Source: Fimbriosthenelais zetlandica
Lineage: Eukaryota
Assembly (NCBI GenBank): GCA_977030845.1
Contig: OZ365113.1
Coordinates: forward strand, 22,320,001 to 22,384,000
DNA: 64,000 nt
Reading direction: 5' to 3'
A program made the translations under genes and the position numbers. Positions 11,411-22,570 of the stretch are shown here, one piece after another; within the stretch, counting starts at the first letter, position 1, and each line of letters starts with the position of its first letter. The notes below the pieces were generated by a model. It did no database searches and was not told the DNA's origin. It worked only from the letters and a program-made list of their open reading frames with translations.

Positions 11411-11933
11411 ACATGTAATGTACCATACCAAGGTACCAGATAACATGTAATGTACCATACCAAGGTACCAGATAACATGTAATGTACCATACCAAGGTAC
11501 CAGATAACATGTAATGTACCATACCAAGGTACCTGATAACATGTAATGTACCATACCAAGGTACCTGATAACATGTAATGTACCATACCAAGGTACCTGA
11601 TAACATGTAATGTACCATACCAAGGTACCTGATAACATGTAATGTACCATACCAAGGTACCTGATAACATGTAATGTACCATACCAAGGTACCTGATAAC
11701 ATGTAATTTACCATACCAAGGTACCAGATAACATGTAATATACCATACCAAGGTACCAGATAACATGTAATGTACCATACCAAGGTACCTGATAACATGT
11801 AATGTACCATACCAAGGTACCTGATAACATGTAATATACCATACCAAGGTACCAGATAACATGTAATGTACCATACCAAGGTACCTGATAACATGTAATG
11901 TACCATACCAAGGTACCTGATAACATGTAATGT
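11411..11933. repeat. 32-bp minisatellite, main block (~16.3 units); continues at 16746-16804 and 18656-18690
   Basis: Unit ACATGTAATGTACCATACCAAGGTACC(A/T)GATA. The period is confirmed by the 32-aa (3x32 nt) periodicity of the spurious ORFs. Confidence 0.97.
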
Positions 11934-12335
11934 CCCTAGTAACACAGACAGCTGGGTCCCAGCTGGGCCCTATATGGGCCGCTTTCTGGGGCCCAGTTGG
12001 GCTATCCTGGGGGTCCCAGCTGGGACCCAACTGTGTTTGTCCGGCGGGCCAACCTGGGCCCCAGCTGGGTCACCCACATGGGCCCAACCTGGGTCCCAAC
12101 TGGGGCCCAGCTTCTGGGGCCCAGTTGGGCTGCCCTGCTGGGTCCCACTTTCTGGGGCCCAGTAGGGCTGCCCTGCTGGGTCCCACTTTCTGGGGCCCTG
12201 TTGGGTAGCCCTACTGGGCCCCACTGTCTGGGACCCAGCTGGGCTGCACTGCTGGGCCCCACCTGTGTTTGTCCAGCGGTCCCACCTGGGTCATCAACAT
12301 GGGCCCAACCTGGGTCCCAGCTGGGCCCCAGTTTG
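11934..12335. repeat. Left subterminal region dense in CCCAG/CTGGG and GGGCCC palindromes
   Basis: Repeated CCCAGCTGGG, GGGCCCAG and CTGGGTCCCA; internal duplication GGGCTGCCCTGCTGGGTCCCACTTTCTGGGGCCC x2. Confidence 0.9.
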
Positions 12336-12384
12336 TAAAGTTCTGGGCTTTTAGAGGTATAAAGGGGGCTGCTACTGAGATATT

Positions 12385-12905
12385 CCCGGGTTTTTACTGG
12401 TAAACATGTGCGTTTTTACTGGGATATGTCTGGGTTTTTACTGGTACATTTACTGGGTGATATCTGGGTTTTTACTGGTATACATGTGGGCTTTTTCTGG
12501 TATACAAGTGGGCTTTTACTGGTATATATCTGGGTTTTTACTGGTATACATGTGGGCTTTTACTGGTATATATCTGGGTTTTTACTGGTATACATGTGGG
12601 CTTTTACTGGTATACATGTGGGCTTTTTCTGGTATATATCTGGGCTTTTATTGGTATATATCTGGGCTTTTACTGGTATATATCTGGGTTTTTACTGGTA
12701 TACATGTGGGCTTTTACTGGTATATATCTGGGCTTTTACTGGTATATATCTGGGCTTTTACTGGTATATATCTGGGCTTTTACTGGTATACATGTGGGCT
12801 TTTACTGGTATATATCTGGGCTTTTACTGGTATATATCTGGGCTTTTACTGGTATACATGTGGGCTTTTACTGGGCTATATCTGGGCTTTGACTGGGGTA
12901 CATCA
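12385..12905. repeat. 22-bp minisatellite (~23 units, two interspersed variants)
   Basis: TTTTACTGGTATATATCTGGGC and TTTTACTGGTATACATGTGGGC alternate irregularly. Confidence 0.95.
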
Positions 12906-15039
12906 TTTTACTGGTATACATATGCTACTAGAACATTCATTGGTTTATACTATATATAGTATACATGTGGGATGTAATGAAGTATTAAAACAGAAATTGC
13001 ATGTTTGAAATAATTTTATTTCGCATATTAATATATAAAAAAGAGAACTTAATAATTCTGAGCAAGGATGCTGATGACAAATGCATAATGCTGCTGCATA
13101 AAGAAATGCATAAGTTACAAATTCAAACATCAATGTAAACATTAACTGTAATTGTGTGACATATTTTACCCACATTTATTATATTTGTTAGAAACTAGCA
13201 CTCTTTAGTGGATGTAATATTTCAGGAGTTCAAACGGTTGAAATTCCTATCGGCCTATAAAATTAGACCTTTCATCTGCATAACCAACATTTGGACCTCA
13301 TTAAGTTCTGGGCGGGGGTATTAGCAGAAGTTCCTGATGTAACGCTGCATCTCATTAAGCTTTGGACAGTCTGGTCAGGGTATTGGGGTCACATGGATAC
13401 TTGTCAACCGACAAATACACAAGCTTTTAATTACAAATTGTACAATACTGATGTCAATCCCAATAGCTTAGAAGACATAATTGTCACAAATTTTAAGGTC
13501 ACTTAAAATTCAAGCGCACATTCATTGGACCAATATCCAAGCACTTTTCGAGGCTTGTGCGAACGCGTCGCTTAAATAGTCATATCATTTAGGGAACAGG
13601 CATCCTTTTCTACTTGCATGTTTAATATTTTCTTATGACACTTTTTTAACTTAGTTACTGTTGCTGTATATTTAGGCGCGCCTCTGTTGTCTTGCTGTCT
13701 TGCAGATACTGCCTCGCTGGTCCACGTGTTGTAGCCATATCAGTCCATGCGTTTTCCTTGGTAGACCCTATAAAATTAGAAAGTATATTCTTATTACAAA
13801 GACTGGGGTAGGACTATAGCAATAATAGCATTCTACCTCTAAATTGTCCCTGCAGTAAGCTAAACTATACACCCCCTGTCACACCTTTCCGCTCACCCAT
13901 ACCCACATGTAATACTAATTAACCTCACGTGGCTGCCATACTATTATCTTCTATGAAACAGGATGTTAAACGCATCTTTAACTTGACCTGGAAACACTCC
14001 ACAGTATTAATTTTTAATTTAAACCTTTGGGGATGTAAACACATTTCACAATCTTGTTGGCAAGATCAAATTGTGTTTGTAGAAACCGTATAAGTCGATT
14101 CGTCATATATATGGATTTAATATTATTTACCAAAAAAAGCCACAGAATATCAGTGGCATTTTGTTTCCCTATATATGATGTGATGGTATTTTGGCCAAGC
14201 ATAGACAATTAGAATATACCAAATGTATATATTTGCATGCCTCCACGTGTTTCAGCACACACCCCAAGTCTTTAATCTAACTTCTAAGGAGCCACTTCAG
14301 TATAAATCAGACCGCATGTTATCTGATGTATCATGTACATAGAAAAATGAAATCTATGGAAAACGTTTGACCAAATGTTAACTCACCTTGGAATTGTTGT
14401 GGTCACTTCAAATCACAATTGAAGTAGACAAGAACTTTCAACACTGAAGAAGAGCTGTGGTCAGCACCAGAGCCAAAGTTCAAAAGGCCGCTGGACGGGT
14501 AGATGGGGTCTATAAGTAACCTCGGAACCGGATATCAGAGGGTCATGTTCCGTAACCGATGGTTACGGCCTAGGTGTACATAGACTAGCCCTCGCCCCTT
14601 AATTTTCTTTTTCTACCAAACAATTATTTTGATAAATTTCTGATGACTGATGAAGGTAACACTATACATGTATTATGTTCAAATTTATGTGAACATACGG
14701 TGAGTGTATTAATTTAATTATCATAATATATATTTCCCCTCCTGCTCACATAAAAGAATAATAAACGATTTGTGCAAGTCTAAAACGTAATCGGGCCTGT
14801 ACGGAGTAAGGGCCGGTTATACTGGTGTGACCATGCCAGCTCATGCAGCACATATACTGCATGGATGGCCTCCCGTTTGTATCTATAGTTTATTCAGTGT
14901 CTTTAAATTTAGAGGGAAGCAGGTGGAATTCTTTTGATACATACACTTCAACATTTAAAATGAAAGACACTCACTAGATTATGCCATGTTGGATAAAATG
15001 TTGTTGGATTAAATGTTGGATGAAATGTTACTGCCAGGC

Positions 15040-16497
15040 CGTGCCCTGTGGGATCCAAGTTGTAGCCCAGCAAAATGCCCAGTGTCGACCAATAATCACT
15101 TAGTGGGCTCTGCCCTGTTCGATCAAAGTTATAGCCCTTGTAGCCAGGCAAAAGGCCCAGTCTCGGCCCATAATCTCTTACTGGGCTAAGCCCAGTGTCG
15201 GCCCATGACCACATACTGGGCTATGCATGTTGTATCTAAGTTAAAGCCCAGCTACAAGCCCAGTCTCGGCCCATAATCTCGCACTGGGCTAAGCACAGTC
15301 TCGGCCCATAATCCCATTCTGGGCTATGCATGTTGTATCTAAGTTATAGCCCAGCTACAGGCCCAGTCGCGGCCCATAATCTCGTACTGGGCTAAGCCCA
15401 GTGTCGGCCCATAATCACATGCTGGGCTATGCATGTTGTATCTAAGTTATAGCCCAGCTACAGACCCAGTCTCGGCCCATAATCTCTTACTGGGCTAAGC
15501 CCAGTCTCGGCCCATAATCACATACTGGGCTATGCATGTTGTATCTAAGTTATAGCCCAGCTACAGGCCCAGTTTCGGCACATAATCTAGTACTGGGCTA
15601 AGCACAGTCTCGGCCCATAATCCCATTCTGGCTATGCATGTTGTATCTAAGTTATAGCCCAGCTACAAGCCCAGTCTCGGCCCATAATCCCATTCTGGGC
15701 TATGCATGTTGGATCTAAGTTATAGCCCAGCTACAGGCCCAGTCGCGGCCCATAATCTCTTACTGGGCTAAGCCCAGTGTCGGCCCATAATCACATGCTG
15801 GGCTATGCATGTTGTATCTAAGTTATAGCCCAGCTACAAGCCCAGTCTCGGCCCATAATCACATGCTGGGCTATGCATGTTGTATCTAAGTTATAGCCCA
15901 GCTACAGGCCCAGTCGCGGCCCATAATCTCGTACTGGGCTAAGCCCAGTGTCGGCCCATAATCACATGCTGGGCTATGCATGTTGTATCTAAGTTATAGC
16001 CCAGCTACAGGCCCAGTCTCGGCCCATAATCTCGTACTGGGCTAAGCCCAGTCTCGGCCCATAACCACATACTGGGCTATGCATGTTGTATCTAAGTTAA
16101 AGCCCAGCTACAAGCCCAGTCGCGGCCCATAATCTCGTACTGGTAAGCCCAGTCTCGGCCCATAATCACATGCTGGGCTATGCATGTTGTATCTAAGTTA
16201 TAGCCCAGCTACAGGCCCAGTCTCGGCCCATAATCTCTTACTGGGCTAAGCCCAGTCTCGGCCCATAATCACATGCTGGGCTATGCATGTTGTATCTAAG
16301 TTATAGCCCAGCTACAGGCCCAGTCGCAGCCCATAATCTCGTACTGGGCTAAGCCCAGTCTCGGCCCATAATCCCATTCTGGGCTATGCATGTTGGATCT
16401 AAGTTATAGCCCAGCGACAAGCCCAGTCCTGGCCCATAAACACTTACTGGGCTAAGCCCTGTTGGAAACAAGTCTTAGCCCAGCAAATAGCCCAGTA
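15040..16497. repeat. Composite 103-bp (35+35+33) tandem array, ~13 units, with two 68-bp variants
   Basis: The GCATGTTG(T/G)ATCTAAG anchor occurs at 15225, 15328, 15431, 15534, 15636, 15704, 15807, 15875, 15978, 16081, 16182, 16285 and 16388. Confidence 0.95.
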
Positions 16498-16804
16498 ACA
16501 ATCCATAATCAAACTATATCACCAAATGTTATTATTTATATTTTCAGTTTTTATGGGAAAATTGCAATGTAGTCTGACACATGTGATCTTTTCTTTGGTC
16601 ATTTTTTCAATCATGTAATGTGGTTTTGGCCCAACTGGGGCCCAGTTGGATTCCCATACACAAACCCAGTCTGAGCCCAAGCCCAGTTAAGCCCAGGTCG
16701 GCCAGCTTTATCCCAGTTGGGGCCCAGGTGGGCGTGTTTGCTGGGGTACCATACCAAGGTACCAGATAAGATGTAATGTACCATACCAAGGTACCAGATA
16801 ACAT

Positions 16805-18655
16805 CGAGGGTGTTATGCAATACTGTCGTATGTCAATAATTTTCATTTTTGACTTTATTTCACCAAACACATTATTTAAATATATATTTTGATAATTTAA
16901 GTTAAAATGATTCAAATCCTATTGGAACCCCTAAATGTGGAGGGGTCGTATAACACTTTTTCTCTAAAACCGAGTTTTTTGTTATGCAATACTGTCGTAT
17001 CTCCAGTTTCCTATTTTTGAGGCCTGCATCGAGAATGACGTTTTCTAATGAATTATGCATAAAAGTATAACCCAAACTTCAGCCCTTTCATGGCCCATGT
17101 CGGGTAAAAGCTGTGGGTAATCAAGTCATCTCCACAAATATGCATTGGAATGGGTTTCTCGTGTGATTTTTTGCCATTTTTACTGGTGCTGCCATCTTCT
17201 GGATGGCAACAACGTCTTGAGCAGACGACAGTAAGGTAGACGGGTGCACTTATGGAAAAAAAACCACCTTACCCCCAAAAAATTGATACAAAAGGTTTTT
17301 CAACAGTTTTTGGTAGTATCAGGTGTGCTGAGTAACATACTAAAAGTCTACCAAAATCTGACCACTGGTAACCATGGTAACGGCCATATTTCAAAATGGC
17401 TGCCATTCCGCACACAAAATGTCATCTTACTCTATAAATAATGGGTTTAGAGTTAATTTAATCACACCTACCCCACTTAAAGTTGACCCAAGGAATTTAA
17501 TGGTATGCACTATTTCTTAATTAAATGATTCTGTTGCCTGGCAACCAACGAGAGATTATTTATTTGCCTAGCAACCGGCATAAATAATGGTCCCATGTAG
17601 AATCTAATCGAACCTACCCCCCTAAAAGCAACCCAAGGAATTTAATGACATGCACTATTTCTTAATTTAATGATTCTATTGCCTAGCAACCAACGAGAGC
17701 TTATTTTTTTGCATAGCAACCGGCATAAATAGTGTTGTATCATGACATATGACAGTTTTGCACACTTAGAGCCAGGTTTGAAAAAAAATATTGGTCATGT
17801 AAAACTGTCGTATCATGACATACGACAGTTTTGCACACTTAGTGCCAGGTTTGAACAAAAATATGTGGAAAAATGGTTGCCATGGCAACCATATTTCAGC
17901 GTGTGCACCCTTTTAAAACTGGACATATATGTCTTTGCCATGACAATATTCAATATTATAGTGAATGGTCGACATACCTTATTCTAAGACTTCAAAATTA
18001 AATGTCATTGATCTACTATATTAACTACCCTTACTGATGCCTTGATAAGGCTTGTAGAAATGGTAAAAATCCAAAAGTATCATCTTCCGTTTCCATGGCC
18101 GTAAGGATGGTAATAATGGGTCGACATGGACAAATATGGTATCTACAGAAAGCTCTTGACATAGAAAACATGATTCGATGGGTAAATTTAATTTTTGAAT
18201 AGATTATCATGACCATCAAAAAGTGCTAATATACCCCAAAATCACACTTAAAACGGTTGCCATGGCAACAGTTTTCGTATTTTAGGATGTGCACCCTTCT
18301 AAAATGAAAAGTAACACTCCCAGCTATGCTCATACAAAATTTGGTGATTTTGTACCAACTAACTCCACTATTATCATGACATACGACAGTTTTGCACACT
18401 CACAGCCAGGGTCCAAGAACATTTTGGTTATGCAAAACTGTCGTATGTTCGTTTCCATGGAGAAGGAAGTGGAAAATAAATAATGTCGGATGCGGGTCAG
18501 AAAGTGCAAACAATTTTATGTTCTTTCTCAGAAAATGTTTTCTTTATCGACATTATTACGGATACAGGAGGTCTTTAACTTTTACATTAATCTTTAATGT
18601 GTTCCACTCTAAAATGCCTAAAATGAAGATACAACAGTATTGCATAACACCCTCG
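16805..18655. mobile_element. 1851-bp non-autonomous TIR element, 27-bp TIRs, 4-bp TSD ACAT
   Basis: Left end CGAGGGTGTTATGCAATACTGTCGTAT; right end (rc) CGAGGGTGTTATGCAATACTGTTGTAT (26/27). ACAT at 16801-04 and 18656-59; excision restores the 32-bp satellite unit. No transposase ORF. Superfamily unresolved (a 4-bp TSD is Sola-like; an alternative parse gives a CA TSD). Confidence 0.9.
17466..17735. repeat. ~146-bp internal tandem duplication inside the TIR element
   Basis: ACCTACCCC...ACCCAAGGAATTTAATG...TGCACTATTTCTTAATT...GCAACCAACGAGAG...GCAACCGGCATAAATA starts at 17466 and 17612. Confidence 0.85.
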
Positions 18656-18689
18656 ACATGTAATGTACCATACCAAGGTTCCAAGATAC

Positions 18690-18955
18690 CTGACCAGAAT
18701 GGTCATTGAACTGAAAAGACCAGAATGGTCATGGAAATGAAATGACTAGAATGGTTATGGGTCTGATATGACTAGAATGGTCATGGGTCTGATATGACTA
18801 GAATGGTCATGGGTCTGAAAAGAACAATATGGTCATAGAATGGTTTACCGTCATGGAATAAACCAGAATAGTTATACACCTGAAAAGACCAGAATGGTCA
18901 TGGAAATATAACTAGAATGGTTTACCGTGATGGAATAAACCAGAATAGTTTAATA
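18690..18955. repeat. Degenerate 26-bp minisatellite
   Basis: GACTAGAATGGTCATGGGTCTGATAT at 18744, 18770 and 18796, with diverged flanking units. Confidence 0.85.
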
Positions 18956-20399
18956 AAACTGCGGCCATTTAGAAGAGAAGACGACCCAGACATGGGAACG
19001 TCTGATACGGTGATAGACACCTGCACCAAGACGTCGTGGGAACCCGGACTCCAGCAGCTCATGACGTCATTGGTCGCGCATTTTTCCTACAAACAGGTCA
19101 GACGGGGGGAGTTTATACATGTTTGACTGTTGTTTGGCAGGCCCTCCTTAACACCTCATGTATAGTGTAGGATAGAGCACCAGTAGCTTAGATCAATCTC
19201 TATCTCTCTACAGTCATCTCATCTTCAAGCCTTGTCTCTAACATGTACAGGCGCGCAAAGTAGCGTGATTGAATGCGAAAATGCGCGCCTTACAAGACGA
19301 GGCTTGATATTGTCATGTTGGGGGGTGTATGTGGAGGGGGTGGTGGGGGCGGGGTGATAACATTGGTGGGTCTCACACTTCTATCATTATTATTGTTATA
19401 AATAGTCATGCTAGGCCCTGCTGCTGGTGACCAATGCAAGAACTTTTATAATGTTCACCTTATGTTTACCTTCCTTTTATAATCACTTTAATTTATTAAC
19501 AGATCTTATGATAAATCTTTACGATTCTCACTTAGAACAAGGCCAATGAATGTTATTCAACAATTCTTCAGAATATTTATATTTTTTAATACCTATATAG
19601 ATTCCCTATAGAAGACGCGTCTGATACCCTGTATAGATTCACTGTAGAATCCTATGGGGTGGCGGCTGGGCGGGGGCGGATTTAAATGTTAAGAATTAAC
19701 CTTTATAACCCTGGCCCCATAGACCGGGAGTTTCTGCCCCAACACCCAAATGTGCTGGGGCAGAATTAGTGAAAAGGCATCGGTCTGATTTGGGGTCTGG
19801 ATCCGGGACGGGGCAGATCCATGTAGGTGGAGGTCTAGGTGGCAAGGATCCACTATTTTTTTAGAGAGATTTTAGTTGGTGGGAGGTGGGGGAGATGTTG
19901 AGGGGTGGGGGGCACAAGGCTGGACTACACTATTATCGTCTACCCCTGTAGAACATGATACCTTTAGTGTTATTATTATTAGAACAAAGGGGGGCACCGC
20001 AGCATGGACAGGAAGCCTATAGTAATGTACAGGCTGATTTAGCTTTTCGGCTTTGCCTTTCTTACGACTAATGAGTTGCACCTCATTAGTGATCAGCAGC
20101 CCTTGGAGGCTGAGCTATGGTGCTGAGCCCTGGCGGGGTAATATTCAACCCCCAATTAATGCAAAATAATGTGAGAAGCTGAGGAGGGGGGCACTACTCA
20201 GATACATACTACTCATGCTCCTGCTCTTTACATTTCCACGAGAAAGGGTATACGCATGTCCAAGGCTAAAAATCTTAACCAACGGGGAAAAGGGTACAAA
20301 TCACTGATCAAACCAAATGACACTAATGCGACCCCTCTGTGAACATATGATATCACTAATCAATCTCCAAAGAAACGAAAGGGTATATTTGCGGTTATT

Positions 20400-21005
20400 C
20401 AAAAGGAACTTTTCTCTGGGGATAGCAACCCCAATTTATCTGGAAATTCAGTTGCCATAACTCAAATCACGGTGATCGTACATGCTCATTCATATTAGTA
20501 GGCGGTCCACTTGTCAATTTTTATCAAGAAAAGTCTGAATCTTTCCACAAAAAAAAACTCGATTTTTTCAAGATGGAGGTTACATTTTCAATGAAAGTGC
20601 CTGATTCGGAGGGCTGGGAACAATCATAGGAACCCATTTCTATCCGGAGTGCCCCCTCCCCCCCCCCTCCCCCCCCCCCCCCCCATTCATCCAGCCAGTG
20701 GGTGTGAGCATCCATATCAGATGCATCATGCCATAGTCACGGCTGGCACAACACCAACTAAGGACAATAAATCAGAGATCAGATTCCTCCACACATCCAT
20801 CCCCGCCATTACCATTGATAAGCAGACAAAACCAATGACTCTCTTATCAACCCCTCCGATAAGTGAAAAGCTCGGAGACTCCGCGCCGAGCACCCAGAGG
20901 GAGATTGCAAATTCACGGAGCCTAAAATCTGAAGACTTCTCAAGGCATCGGCTCAAAAGGAAGTCCTTGATTGAAAAGCTGAAAAGGTTGGAGGGAGAGA
21001 TCTAA
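20400..21005. mobile_element. Probable decayed retroelement coding fragment, type and strand ambiguous
   Basis: The plus frame (HHAIV...SEKLGDSAPSTQREI) resembles a LINE post-endonuclease linker; the minus frame (LREFAISLWVLG...GVDK) resembles DIRS RNase H. I cannot decide between them by eye. Confidence 0.25.
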
Positions 21006-22570
21006 GGGGAAATAAATGCGGGCTTGAAAAAGGATGATCGGTTTGCAATGTGTGGCAGGATAGGTCTCCTTTCATTGAAAGGCGGCGGGAGCCTGGGAAG
21101 TAAATTGGAATTGATGAAAGATTATAGGGATTTAAAATGCAATGAAGTAAGCTAAATAAATCTTAGATTGAAGGCCGTAATTCCTTCTTTTCAATCTCTT
21201 GGGGAACTCTTGGGAATTCATCAAGATTTCAAATTAATTTTCATGAGAATTTTTTGACCACCATTATTAATCTCGCAAAAATCATGGTAGGCCTATAATC
21301 GTTAGAGAGCATCCGGAGCCTGTTTCAAAACGGATTATTAGCCATAGACTTAGTATTGTATATTGTTGAAGATTTCCAATACAAATGGGAAGGAACTGGA
21401 AAGTGATCCCACCGGCCCAAGATACCCCAGAGAAATCAAATTTGATTACACAATTGTCTGGATTTGGTGGGCGTCATACTCATACTATCATACACCAAAA
21501 TTTGGGATATTTCAGGCAGAAATGACCAAAATGTTCTGGATTCAGCATATCGCGAGAGGCAAATGTAGGCTACTCAGGCCGTTAGAGAGAGGTAAAGTGT
21601 GTTCTTAGAGAGGCAAACTTACCATTGTGATAAAATCCGTTCCTTAGACTACCATGTAATCCATAACTTTTTGTGAAACGTATATTATAGGAGCTAGGTC
21701 TGTTTGGGGGAGGGTCGAGTTTCACTCCCTCCTTTACTCCCGCCGACTTCTTTCAGGTCCAGTGCTCATTGAACCACGGGCTGTGCTGGCTTTTTGAAAC
21801 TAAAGGCTATTCAGAACCCCCTCCCAACCGCTAAACACACCCCCCACCCCCACCCCATACGTCACTTCCACCATTGTTGACCCTTACACCTTTCCAGCTA
21901 CACGACTGTTGACATTGCTTCCCAAAGGTCTGATAATCGTGCCTTGAAACCCAATTAAGTCGTGGATATTTAATATATTTTGTGAATACAAATCATTCTG
22001 ATCGGAGTCGTATGGATTTACATGGGATTTATACTTTCCAGGAATAAGACATTTAGAAATAAGGTATGTGTGTGTGTAGCCATAACATTTTAACACTTGT
22101 TCCGTGGGTGGTATCGAGGGCGAGCCGTATGTTCCACTTTGAAGCGGTCAAATCGATCAGAACAAATAGAAACAGCTTTAGCCTGCAAAATTAGGGCACA
22201 ATTAGCCACGGTACACTATCCAGTGAAAGGATTCCGATGTTTGGTGGATTTACTATTGGAATTACACGGGATCCGTATTAGGGGGATTGGCTAGAGCACC
22301 TTGAGCACTTGAAAAGACATTGTATTGTATGCTGGAATGGGAAGGAAAGGGCAGTTTGTTATTGTTATTAAATAGGTTCATTTGAATGGAGAAATTACCT
22401 ACTTGTGGATTGTTTAGCTTGAACTCTGGGCTAATTCTAGAGACACATTTCTTTTAGCAAAAGGTGCTAAAGACACCAAATTTCTTTTAGCAATTTGAAG
22501 TCAGGTTTAGCAGATGTCAATTTGAAGGAAACATTATTGTTTTTTTTACCTGGAGCGTATATTAACAGCT

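Larger units (their letters stand above)
11934..16745. mobile_element. 4.8-kb non-autonomous DNA transposon, CCC...GGG termini, 2-bp TSD (GT); CMC/EnSpm(CACTA)-like
   Basis: Removing 11934-16745 and one GT restores the satellite unit ACATGTAAT-GT-ACCATACC. Termini CCCTAGTAACACAGACAGCTGGGTCCCAGCTGGG and (rc) CCCAGCAAACACGCCCACCTGGGCCCCAACTGGG match at 24/34. Subterminal CCCAG/CTGGG repeats. No transposase ORF. The superfamily call is an inference from the CCC termini, 2-bp TSD and subterminal repeats. Confidence 0.8.

Noticed and set aside
11411-11933. CRISPR-like repeat length (32 bp; also the 38- and 47-bp arrays)
   Set aside because: The units are head-to-tail with no unique spacers, there are no cas genes, and the context is eukaryotic.
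11319-12030. Long ORFs (208-210 aa, VWYITCYLVPWYG repeats)
   Set aside because: Translations of the 32-bp minisatellite (32-aa period = 3 units); not genes.
11930-13008. GPSW/LGP-rich and FTGIYLGFYW-rich ORFs
   Set aside because: Produced by the CCCAG/CTGGG subterminal repeats and the 22-bp array; open in several frames on both strands.
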